The notes: generated from the sequence alone by a model not told the origin. 32,000 nucleotides of DNA from Clostridia bacterium (GCA_034926675.1 JAYFQW010000081.1:1-32000), one strand, 5' to 3'. Shown: positions 24,233-32,000, counted from the stretch's first letter. A program made the numbers and translations.

Positions 24233-25555
24233 GTGCCCGGTATGGCGCTGATACTGGTTCTGGCTGTCACTGGCGGAGTCATCGCGTACGCTGGAGACCG
24301 TATTGGAATGAAGGTTGGGCGCAAGAGGCTCTCGATCTTCGGGCTCAGGCCTAAGTACACCTCCATTATAGTCGCAGTGATCACTGGTGTGGTCATTACA
24401 GCATGCACGCTGTTCGTACTCACTCTCGCATCTGAGAATGTCCGCACTGCTCTTTTCCGGATCAAGGAGATTCAGGACGCTCTCTCCACTGCCCATTCAG
24501 ATCTGGAGACGAAGCGTGCTGAGGCCGACGCCCTCTCAACCAGAGTCAAGGAGATTGCCGATGAGTACAACAACCTAGAGAGCCAGTTCGACGTGGTCAA
24601 CTCGGAGCTTTCCGAAGCGGTTGCAGAGAAGGCGAAGGCGCGTAAGGAACTCTCAGGAGTACAGGCGAAACTCACGGAATCTGAAGGCCGACTCGAAGAT
24701 GTGAAAGCCAGATTCGCACAGGCATCGGCTGGCCTCGGCAAGGCGAACGCCGATCTTCGCCAGGCTCGAGGGGATGTCGCTGGGCTTGAGGCAGAGAAAT
24801 CCGACCTGGAGCGAGATGTGGCGGCGCTATCCTCGGAGCAGGCGCGCCTGCAGGCAGAGGTCAGTGATCTCGACATGAATGTCCGCGCTCTCATCGAGCT
24901 TAATGCCAGGCTCCTCGAAACCAAGGAGACAGCGCTCATGGGACAGGTCATTTTCCGCGCCGATCAGGTGATTCTCGGAGCGACGATTGACTGCTCGCAG
25001 CGTCGCGACGCCATTGAGAACCAGTTCAACGGGTTCCTGCTGAAGGTGAACGAGATCGCAGTGAGGCGAGGCGCTAGTAGCGATGACCCGGGTGGGGATC
25101 CATTCGTGCTTAAGTTTGACGAGGCAAATGTGGTTGCCGCCCTCCAGAAGATTGCGCAATCCGATTCCAAAGTGATTCTCCGGGCAATGTCCCCCGTGAA
25201 CTCATGGTACGAAGCGCCGTTGCTTGTGTCCCTGCATGTGCTTCCCGATGCCAAGATCTACTCCGCTGAGGAGGTGATCGCATCGAAGATTATCGACGGG
25301 TCTATCGGGTCGAGCCGAATACAAGAGGACATGCTCGAGTTGGTGCAGGCTGTGAACAGTGCGTGCATAGCAGAGGGAATGGCAAGTGACGAGGAAGGCA
25401 AGATCGGTACGGTGATCACGATTTCGGAGTTCACATCGGCCATCATGAACATGGTCCAGCGTAACTCCAAGCAATTGGTGGAGGCCGTTGCAGTGCGCGA
25501 TATCTGGCGCAGCCAGATGTCGCCATCGATCAAGCTCGTCGTCAAGCCCATGTGA
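24233..25555 (+). CDS. Membrane-anchored coiled-coil protein, DUF3084-like
   Basis: The SD GGGAGGG (24219-24225) precedes GTG 24233. The N-terminus LILVLAVTGGVIAYAGDRIGMKVGRKRLSIFGLRPKYTSIIVAVITGVVITA (two TMs flanking a GDxxGxKxGRKRLSxFGLRP loop) matches my memory of the DUF3084 family. About 170 aa of heptad-rich coiled coil follow, then a globular C-terminal domain of about 200 aa. Confidence 0.6.
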   Translation: MPGMALILVLAVTGGVIAYAGDRIGMKVGRKRLSIFGLRPKYTSIIVAVITGVVITACTLFVLTLASENVRTALFRIKEIQDALSTAHSDLETKRAEADALSTRVKEIADEYNNLESQFDVVNSELSEAVAEKAKARKELSGVQAKLTESEGRLEDVKARFAQASAGLGKANADLRQARGDVAGLEAEKSDLERDVAALSSEQARLQAEVSDLDMNVRALIELNARLLETKETALMGQVIFRADQVILGATIDCSQRRDAIENQFNGFLLKVNEIAVRRGASSDDPGGDPFVLKFDEANVVAALQKIAQSDSKVILRAMSPVNSWYEAPLLVSLHVLPDAKIYSAEEVIASKIIDGSIGSSRIQEDMLELVQAVNSACIAEGMASDEEGKIGTVITISEFTSAIMNMVQRNSKQLVEAVAVRDIWRSQMSPSIKLVVKPM

Positions 25556-25857
25556 GCAATTGCGCCTCTAGCTTGGCCTGGTGAGGGCAAAAAACTCGCT
25601 CCCGGTGAAGGAGTTGAGTGCTGCCTTGGAGAATATCTGATAAGGATATGCTGTATCGACATTACCTGCGTTTCCGTGGTTTTCCGATTGAAGCTGGCTG
25701 AAAGGGGGCTCCCGAAACCAGTCGTCGCCAGCTGGACCTGTACGCAACGAGCCTCGCGCCGATCAACGTGCAAGCCTGAGGAAACATGACCACTCGGGCC
25801 AGCGCCAGATGGGGGCAGGCGTCTAGCGTTTACTATCACTAAGGGGGGAATCGCTTG

Positions 25858-28800
25858 ATGAAGAAGTTCCTAGCTGTCCTCCTCACGACCGTCCTGGTAG
25901 TCGCCTTGGCGGTGCCTGCGTTCGCAGGTCCCTACAAGGATTTGGCGGACAACCACTGGGCGGCTGACGCGGTGAGGATGCTTACTGCCCTCGGGGTGAT
26001 CACCGGCTACCCTGACGGGACCTTCAAGGGCACTCAGAGCGCTAACAGGTATGAGGTCGCCGCTATGGTGGCCCGGGCGCTCGAGTACCTCGACAAGGAC
26101 ATCGCCGCAAGAATGACCGAGCTTGAGGCGAGGCTCAGGAAAGACGCTCCAGCTGGATCCGGCCCCGTGGCGGTCGTGACTATCCCAACGAATCCGGAGA
26201 AGCAGGTGGTGCTGCAGCCATCGTCTCAGCCGGACTCCACGATTCTCGAGACTATTATCGCGGAGAAGATCGCTGGTATGACCGATGCGCAGTGGGCGGA
26301 GTTCGACAGCAGGTTGTCTGCGCTATACGCGCGGGTGAACGATCTGTCGGACGACAATCTAGCAGCCCATGCGGCGGTTCGCGCCGACATCGACTCGATC
26401 AAGGCAGCTCTGGCGATGCGCCAGGCTGATGGGACGATACCTGGGATCGAGGTCCACACTGTGTCAGTTTCCGATCCTGAGGTGAAAGCCGCTATTGAGC
26501 AGACTGCGGGTCAGCTCGGGGGAAGAATCGCTGTCCTAGAGGCGCAGATGCCCGGCATCTCCAAAGCCATGAACGACGCTGCCGCGAAGACCAGCACAGG
26601 CTGGGAAGATGCGGTCAAGAGGCTTGAGGAGAGAGTCGCCGCACTTGAGGCCCTCAATATGGATCCCAAGGCGTACGATGCCGCTATCAGCAAGGCCGCA
26701 GCCGAGGAAGTCGCCAAGGCCGTGGCCGAGGATAAGGCAGTTGTGGCGGCCCTTTCGGCTAACCTCGATAAGCTTGGCAAGGAGCACATTGCTGATCTTG
26801 CCGCTCGAGAGAAGGCCGTGGAGGACCTGCTCGCGGTACATACCCTCGCAGAGGAGCGCGCGCGCATAGACGCCCTGGCTGCTCTCAGCGCTGAGAATGA
26901 GACTGCCCTCGCTGAGCAGCAGGCTGCTATCACGATGACCTTCTATGATGCTCTCGCTGCTGAGCGAGACGAGCGCGAGAAGGCCATGGAGAAACTCCAG
27001 TCCGCGCAGGCAGGGAAACTGACTGCGGAGATTGACGGTCTCGCTAAGTCGTTCAGAGGTTCTCTCGATGTTGAGAAGAGCGAAAGGGACAAGGCCGTAG
27101 CTGAGCTGGCGGCCAAGTTCGAGCTTCAGCTGGCGGAGAGAACCAAGGCGACCCTCAGCGAGGTCTACGCGAGGCTCGCTGAACTCGCTCAGATGTGCGA
27201 CAAGTTCGACGCAGCCAAGGCCGACCAGGATGCGGCCATCGCAGAACTGGCCTCGAACGTGGAGATTGCCCTGTCTCAGCAGAATGCTGAGCTTGCGGTG
27301 ACGTTCTACGATGCGCTTGACGCGGCGAAGGAAGAGAACGCCGCAGCCCTTGCCAAACTCTCCGAAGAGCAAGACTTGGCCCTATCGGAGCAGAATGCGT
27401 CACTTATGGTGGCATTCTACGATGCGCTCTACGCTGAGAAGGATGAGCGGGAAAAGGCCATTGAGAGGCTGACTTCCGATTTCGACCTTGCTCTATCGGA
27501 GCAGAATGCGTCACTGATGCTGGCGTTCTACGATGCTCTCTACGCCGAGAAGGATGAGCGGGAAAAGGCCATTGAGAGGCTGACTTCCGATTTCGACCTT
27601 GCTCTCGGTGAGCAGAACGCGTATCTCATGTGCGAACTGTACGATGGCATCTGGGCTGCGAAGGAAGAGGTATACGCATCCATCGACAAGCTAGATGCGA
27701 AGATCCTCGGAGTCATGGCCGCTATCGATGCTCTGAAGAGTGAGTTCGGCCGTGAACTCGCTGCCCTCGGGGTCCGGGTGACCGCACTCGAGGATCAGCT
27801 TGCCGGGGCCAAGACCGAGATCGCGGTGCTTAGCGCGGCAGTTTCGGAGAACGAGAAGGCCATCGAAGAGGTCCGCGGGCAGGCGGCTGCGATAGACACC
27901 CGCCTCGTTGCGGAGGAACAGGCCTCAATCGGCATGAAGGCCGACATCGAGACCCTCAAGGCTCTCGCGGCACAGAATGCCAAGGACATTGCCGACATGT
28001 ACTACAAGGTCGAGTCCACGGTGTCAGCCATCGAAGCGAAAGACGCTGAGCAGGACGTGGAGATTGGCAAGCTCAAGCAGAAGGACCTTTCGCTAGACAC
28101 CCAGATAGCTAACATATGGACGGATCTGAATCGGGTGCGCTTCACTGGCGCCGATGAGGTGAAATTCCTCGACATCGACCTGAAGGGCGCGCCTGGCGCT
28201 GTGTTCTACAAGGATCCGTACGCTCCGTCGGCCGATCCGAACAAGCAGTATCAGCCCACATCGAAGCTTCAAAACGAGCTGAAGCTGGCGCTCAATATCA
28301 AGCCTGAGAAGGGCGTAGATGTGTCGGTTGGCATTACCGCTGTGACCGACGTATTCGGCGCTGCTCATCAGACGGTTGGGCTCTTCAATGGCGACCTGGA
28401 TCTCGCCATCACGACTCCGTCCTCGAAGACGAAGATCGTTGCGGGCGAGCTCGCGAGGCCAGCCAATTATACCAAGTATCAGATCGGAGCTGTCAAGTTC
28501 GCTGATGCCAAGATTGAGGGCATCGGAGCGAACACCACGCTCGGCGGCTTGAATGCCACTGCGACCATAGCGAAGATCGCCGATCCTGACCTGGCGGTCG
28601 GCGGCTATCAGCACCTGATGGGCGCTAGCGCGAGCTACCAGGCCACCGACATGCTGAAACTTGGTGCAAGGTGGTTCCGTATTGTTGACGACCCGCTGTC
28701 GGGCGACACGACACTCGATAAGCTGGAGGATGTGTACGGAGGAGACTTCACGCTGAGGCTTGGCGATGCATGGACTGCCGGCGGAGAGCTGTCTGTCTGG

Positions 28801-29757
28801 GCAAACAAGACCATGGCGACGCCGGCTGCCGCGTACAAACTGCAGACAGACGCCAAGTTCGGAATCCTGGCGATCAATGGCTCTGTTGAGCAGGTTGCTG
28901 CGGGATATGCTCCGAAGTACATGGAGACCGCTGATGATGAGGATGCAGACTACGTGAAGGCAGACACAAGTGTGGCGAGGCTCTCAGTCACCACCGACCC
29001 GATCAAGGGGGTCATCCTTTCGGCCGGCGCGGTCAAAGAGGGAGATGAGGGATACATCGCTGCGGATAAGACCACGTTGACTGCAGACGCCAAGTACGGG
29101 CTTAGGCTAGCTATCGCCGATGTCACTCTGAAGGGCGGAGTGAAGCAGGTGAACGTTGTGAAGCCGACGCCTGTCTCTATGGGTACAACCACCAGCCTGG
29201 GCTTCGATGCCACGATCAAACCAGCCAACTTCGGGTTCACATGGGAACACGATGTTGAGGCAAACGACAACGCCTACGTTGCATACGCCAACGCAGAGGT
29301 TCCAGTTGGCGGCGATGCGCTGGTCCTGAAGGGCTCATGGGAACAGGGATTCGGCTACAAGGACTACTACAAGTACAACGCTGGAGCCGACATGAAACTT
29401 GCTCTTGTGAAGGACGTTGCGACCTTCGGCGCAGGCGCCTCATACGGAAGAACCTATGGAACATCCGATGATGACAAGAACTACTCCAGAATGCAGGTTG
29501 GCGCCAATCTCGATTGGAAGCTAGCCAGTTCGACTACTCTGACTGGAAAGGCGTCGTACGAGTCTCGTGCCTACGACAACGGCGTGAAACCCTCAGGCGA
29601 CTACTTCCAGTACGGACTCGCTCTTGCTCAATCGCTCTACAAGTCCACAACCCTGAGCATCAAGTACGATGTCAAGGACGTCTACTATGTGCCAGCGACA
29701 GGGTATCGGGACTACGGCGCGAGGATAGTCGACCTGTCCTTGAAGACTGCATTCTAA
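25858..29757 (+). CDS. Giant OmpM/SlpA-like OM-peptidoglycan tether: signal peptide, SLH domain, about 650-aa coiled-coil region and about 540-aa beta-barrel
   Basis: The SD AAGGGGGG lies 9 nt before ATG 25858. The signal peptide is LAVLLTTVLVVALAVPAFA. The SLH domain is YKDLADNHWAADAVRMLTALGVITGYPDGTFKGTQSANRYEVAAMVARAL. A long A/E/K/L/D helical region runs to about nt 28120. The C-terminal beta-rich part has alternating hydrophobic residues and ends in DLSLKTAF, an OMP beta-signal. Confidence 0.85.
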   Translation: MKKFLAVLLTTVLVVALAVPAFAGPYKDLADNHWAADAVRMLTALGVITGYPDGTFKGTQSANRYEVAAMVARALEYLDKDIAARMTELEARLRKDAPAGSGPVAVVTIPTNPEKQVVLQPSSQPDSTILETIIAEKIAGMTDAQWAEFDSRLSALYARVNDLSDDNLAAHAAVRADIDSIKAALAMRQADGTIPGIEVHTVSVSDPEVKAAIEQTAGQLGGRIAVLEAQMPGISKAMNDAAAKTSTGWEDAVKRLEERVAALEALNMDPKAYDAAISKAAAEEVAKAVAEDKAVVAALSANLDKLGKEHIADLAAREKAVEDLLAVHTLAEERARIDALAALSAENETALAEQQAAITMTFYDALAAERDEREKAMEKLQSAQAGKLTAEIDGLAKSFRGSLDVEKSERDKAVAELAAKFELQLAERTKATLSEVYARLAELAQMCDKFDAAKADQDAAIAELASNVEIALSQQNAELAVTFYDALDAAKEENAAALAKLSEEQDLALSEQNASLMVAFYDALYAEKDEREKAIERLTSDFDLALSEQNASLMLAFYDALYAEKDEREKAIERLTSDFDLALGEQNAYLMCELYDGIWAAKEEVYASIDKLDAKILGVMAAIDALKSEFGRELAALGVRVTALEDQLAGAKTEIAVLSAAVSENEKAIEEVRGQAAAIDTRLVAEEQASIGMKADIETLKALAAQNAKDIADMYYKVESTVSAIEAKDAEQDVEIGKLKQKDLSLDTQIANIWTDLNRVRFTGADEVKFLDIDLKGAPGAVFYKDPYAPSADPNKQYQPTSKLQNELKLALNIKPEKGVDVSVGITAVTDVFGAAHQTVGLFNGDLDLAITTPSSKTKIVAGELARPANYTKYQIGAVKFADAKIEGIGANTTLGGLNATATIAKIADPDLAVGGYQHLMGASASYQATDMLKLGARWFRIVDDPLSGDTTLDKLEDVYGGDFTLRLGDAWTAGGELSVWANKTMATPAAAYKLQTDAKFGILAINGSVEQVAAGYAPKYMETADDEDADYVKADTSVARLSVTTDPIKGVILSAGAVKEGDEGYIAADKTTLTADAKYGLRLAIADVTLKGGVKQVNVVKPTPVSMGTTTSLGFDATIKPANFGFTWEHDVEANDNAYVAYANAEVPVGGDALVLKGSWEQGFGYKDYYKYNAGADMKLALVKDVATFGAGASYGRTYGTSDDDKNYSRMQVGANLDWKLASSTTLTGKASYESRAYDNGVKPSGDYFQYGLALAQSLYKSTTLSIKYDVKDVYYVPATGYRDYGARIVDLSLKTAF
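27382..27603 (+). repeat. In-frame tandem repeat, 2 x 111 bp (37 aa), inside the coiled-coil region of the tether gene
   Basis: Copy 1 (27382-27492) and copy 2 (27493-27603) differ at 5 of 111 positions, and the last 58 nt are identical. Each encodes LALSEQNASLM(V/L)AFYDALYAEKDEREKAIERLTSDFD. Diverged copies flank them (about 26890-27000, 27265-27381 and 27604-27715). Confidence 0.9.
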
Positions 29758-29772
29758 GGGGATAGCGGAGCA

Positions 29773-29812
29773 GCCCCGGGGAAGGCATGCCTTCCCCGGG
29801 GCATTTCGTTAT
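29773..29812 (+). terminator. Rho-independent terminator after the tether gene
   Basis: GCCCCGGGGAAGG (29773-29785) pairs perfectly with CCTTCCCCGGGGC (29790-29802) around the loop CATG, giving a 13-bp stem. It is followed by ATTTCGTTAT. Confidence 0.65.
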
Positions 29813-29854
29813 GGTGGAGGAGACTGTGGAAGTGGGATTCTGGGGGTGGCGCGA

Positions 29855-30256
29855 ATGGATGAAGGGCTGGTTGTGGCAGTGGACCCCGGAAGGGAAAAGG
29901 CGGGAATAGCGGTGTGCTCCCGGGAGCGCGGAACCATTGCCAAGTGCGTGGTTCCGGCTGCTGATTGTGTCAGCCGAGTCTATCAACTCGCAGTGGAGCA
30001 CGGTGCACGGGTAGTAGTGGTTGGCGACAGAACCGGCTCAACCCTCATGGTCGAGGCCCTTTCTGATCGGCGGGATCTGGTTGTTGCGGTTGTAGATGAG
30101 CACCGGTCATCCATGGAAGCACGCGAACGCTATCTGCGAGACCATCCAGGACGTGGGCTGGCAAGGCTCCTGCCGAACGGGCTCAGGACCCCTTCCGAGC
30201 CATACGATGACTACGTGGCCGAGATCCTTGCTGCCAGATACTTCGAGCAAGTGTAG
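29855..30256 (+). CDS. YqgF/RuvX-like putative nuclease (Holliday-junction-resolvase-like fold)
   Basis: LVVAVDPGREKAGIAV (N-terminal acidic motif), VVVGDRTGS, VVDEHRSSMEARERY and the C-terminal PYDDYVAEILAARYFE follow the RuvX/YqgF motif order. The start is ambiguous between GTG 29846 and ATG 29855. Confidence 0.6.
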   Translation: MDEGLVVAVDPGREKAGIAVCSRERGTIAKCVVPAADCVSRVYQLAVEHGARVVVVGDRTGSTLMVEALSDRRDLVVAVVDEHRSSMEARERYLRDHPGRGLARLLPNGLRTPSEPYDDYVAEILAARYFEQV

Positions 30257-30329
30257 TCGGGAAGGAATCGGGCCTGCGGCGAAGAATATATACTGGACGA
30301 ATGCGTGCACGAATGGAGGTGGAAGGCGC

Positions 30330-31847
30330 ATGCGCAGCCAGTTTGCTGCCTGGACCAGTAGAATCTCGGTGATCCTGGCAGCTGCTGTCATTGTTGTCTC
30401 TCTCTCCGTCTGCATTCAGGCGTCGTCCCCTCTGGTATTGCCCGGCGACTGGCGGTACCGCGCCATCGCTGAACTCGCTGCGGGTGGTCTAGTTGATCCA
30501 GAAGACGCGGTCGTGTACGCCAGCAGTACGCCTATTCCCGTCGACAGACTGGCGACCAGCGTTCATAGGCTGGCCCAGAGGCTTCAAGCGCAGGTCAGGA
30601 ACGCTAACGCGATCTCAGACGGGGCCAGAGCAGGGGAATCCCAGCCGTTGCTTCTGTACGGAGTCGAACAGATGGGGGTGGCCGCTTCTTCAAGCTCCAC
30701 TTGGGCTGAGCCTGTTCTCACTGGGCGTCAAGCCAACCTCATCTCCGATCTGATGTGGGAATTCGGCCTCTCGTCGGAGGGGCGAGTTGGTAGGATACTC
30801 GGCCTTTCCGACCTTTTCCTGACGGAGGAAGTTGGGCTCATTCTCAATCCTCTGCAGGCTTTCGCGCATGGCCAGTCCGGTGTTCAGCCTTTGGCGCTTC
30901 GCGGCGACTCCATTGCCGAGCACCGGCAGGCCTTCGCGGGCCCAACTCAGGCAGCAGAGTTTGCCGACCTGGAGGCCCTTCTTCGAAAGACCATCGATAG
31001 CGGTGACGACAAGCCTGGAAAGCAGGTTCAAATAGGAGTGCCGAGCCCAATAGGCACGCTGTCGGTTGAGCTGTCGAGCCAGGCTGCGAGCCGTCCTCAG
31101 CAGCCCCAATCTCAGCAACCCAAGGCTGAGGAGCCTCCGCCGGCAACAGGATTCGATCTGTCAACGAGTGTGCAGCTGTCCGATGTGCTGAATGTCAGTG
31201 CGCAGTTCTTTGCTGACGACAAGTCCCGCGAGAAGGCCACATCCACATCGGTTGGGGTATCCATAGGCGAGAAGGACGGTGCAGGGCTGACGGTTGGGCA
31301 CCGTGTCACTGATGTCGGAACGCCGGCCGACCTCGCAGGCAGGCGCGAGACGTACACATCGGTGGATGTGAAGTACTCGCTGCCCGATGTGGCCAGTGCC
31401 GTCGGTGTTCCTGCGGCCTCTGATTCACTGACAGTTCGGGCAGGCTATGAGCTGTATGGGCGGGAGCCCCACTTGATTGGGGCGGAGCAGAACAGCTTTC
31501 AGGCGACCATGTCGCTGGGCATCGATTACAAGCTCCTCCTTGGCGACTCTGCCTTTCTGCAGGCAGGATACAGGTATGAGAGGGTTCGCGATCTGATTTC
31601 GTCGGGCGCTGTATGGACCAAGTCCGGCCTGTATGACGAAGGAGGCTTCTCCAGCTGGCTTGGGCAGGAGTCACTGAAGCTTCAAGGGTCCAACGCGACC
31701 AGGACCATCGCCTCCATCGACTTCGGGTACAGGCTCATGGAGAACTCATCGGTCAACGTGGGCTACAAGCTCATCGACTTTGCAGACCTGGGCGTGCTCG
31801 AGCTAAATAAGAACCTGGCGACCGCCGGAGTCAGCATCAAATTCTAG
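30330..31847 (+). CDS. OmpM-like outer-membrane beta-barrel protein with degenerate SLH-like N-terminus and P/Q-rich linker
   Basis: The SD GGAGGTGGAAGG lies just before ATG 30330. The signal-like segment is ISVILAAAVIVVSLSVCIQA. LPGDWRYRAIAELAAGGLV resembles the start of an SLH domain (P-x-D-H-W-A-Y-x-A-x-x-L-A). The linker is SRPQQPQSQQPKAEEPPPATG. The beta-rich C-terminal half ends in ATAGVSIKF. The ORF-track start at 30096 overlaps the ruvX-like gene. Confidence 0.6.
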   Translation: MRSQFAAWTSRISVILAAAVIVVSLSVCIQASSPLVLPGDWRYRAIAELAAGGLVDPEDAVVYASSTPIPVDRLATSVHRLAQRLQAQVRNANAISDGARAGESQPLLLYGVEQMGVAASSSSTWAEPVLTGRQANLISDLMWEFGLSSEGRVGRILGLSDLFLTEEVGLILNPLQAFAHGQSGVQPLALRGDSIAEHRQAFAGPTQAAEFADLEALLRKTIDSGDDKPGKQVQIGVPSPIGTLSVELSSQAASRPQQPQSQQPKAEEPPPATGFDLSTSVQLSDVLNVSAQFFADDKSREKATSTSVGVSIGEKDGAGLTVGHRVTDVGTPADLAGRRETYTSVDVKYSLPDVASAVGVPAASDSLTVRAGYELYGREPHLIGAEQNSFQATMSLGIDYKLLLGDSAFLQAGYRYERVRDLISSGAVWTKSGLYDEGGFSSWLGQESLKLQGSNATRTIASIDFGYRLMENSSVNVGYKLIDFADLGVLELNKNLATAGVSIKF

Positions 31848-31888
31848 GGGGGTGGCCCCCTGGCGTAGTAGAACAGGGAGGTAGCCTG

Positions 31889-32000
31889 ATGAGAGTTTCG
31901 AGAGTGGGATTCGCAGTACTCGTTTGCGCAATCGCAGTATTGATCGCGGCTGGCCCAGGCCGGTGCGCCGAGGTCGTCGTTAGCCCTGTTGAACGACTGA
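31889..32000 (+). CDS. 5' end of a secreted/exported protein gene (truncated by the window edge)
   Basis: GGGAGG (31875-31880) lies 8 nt before ATG 31889. The translation MRVSRVGFAVLVCAIAVLIAAGPGRCAEVVVSPVERL begins with a signal-peptide-like segment, and the frame is open to the window end. Confidence 0.4.
   Translation, partial: MRVSRVGFAVLVCAIAVLIAAGPGRCAEVVVSPVERL

Noticed and set aside
26511-27403. Minus-strand ORFs (26511..26933, 26536..27372, 27155..27403) inside the tether gene
   Set aside because: They lie antisense to the coiled-coil coding region. Low codon complexity (GAG/GCC/AAG-rich) keeps the reverse frames open.
27382-27603. Direct repeats considered as a CRISPR array or mobile-element termini
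   Set aside because: The copies are contiguous with no spacers, are 111 bp long and in frame, and encode a coiled-coil module. This is a coding tandem duplication.
30096-30329. Upstream extension of the last OMP ORF
   Set aside because: It overlaps the ruvX-like gene in another frame. A strong SD (GGAGGTGGAAGG) and a signal-peptide N-terminus appear at ATG 30330.
31847-31860. GGGGG-GTGG-CCCCC hairpin as a terminator after the last OMP
   Set aside because: It has only a 5-bp stem and no downstream T-tract, which is too weak to call.
1-32000. Prophage, transposon, integron, defence-island or CRISPR-Cas content
   Set aside because: I recognised no integrase, transposase, recombinase, Cas or restriction-type motifs, no terminal inverted repeats, and no compositional island apart from the short AT-rich promoter region at 1925-2170.

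Overview
This is a high-GC (about 60% by eye), gene-dense bacterial chromosomal segment with almost all genes on the + strand. It has two functional blocks. Block (i), about 2.4-7.5 kb, holds endospore-formation genes: spoIID, a SpoIIQ-like protein with a degenerate LytM domain, spoIIID, mreB/mbl and a SpoIVB-type S55 peptidase. Block (ii), about 8.8-31.8 kb, is a contiguous outer-membrane (OM) biogenesis cluster: tamB, bamA, skp, a small OMP, lptF/G fused in frame to lptD, lptC, lptA, an orphan ABC module, an lpxB-like gene, lptB, a DUF3084-like coiled-coil membrane protein, a 1299-aa SLH/coiled-coil/beta-barrel OM tether, a ruvX-like gene and a second OmpM-like OMP. Sporulation genes next to LPS/OM machinery suggest a diderm, endospore-forming Firmicute. 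The high GC hints at a Limnochordia-like lineage, but that is inference only. The left edge carries a decayed secretin gene that runs into a YD-repeat (RHS-type) reading frame. I saw no rRNA, tRNA, CRISPR array, transposase or integrase. The candidates I rate most worth follow-up are: (1) the single ORF joining an inner-membrane LptF/G permease to an OM LptD through an internal signal peptide; (2) an uncharacterised ABC module sitting where lptB normally follows lptA, with a roughly 550-aa periplasmic alpha/beta plus coiled-coil domain, a truncated EAA-type membrane domain and its own ATPase; (3) the oversized SLH-coiled-coil-barrel tether with a near-identical 111-bp tandem repeat. All family assignments come from motif recognition by eye, because no searches could be run.
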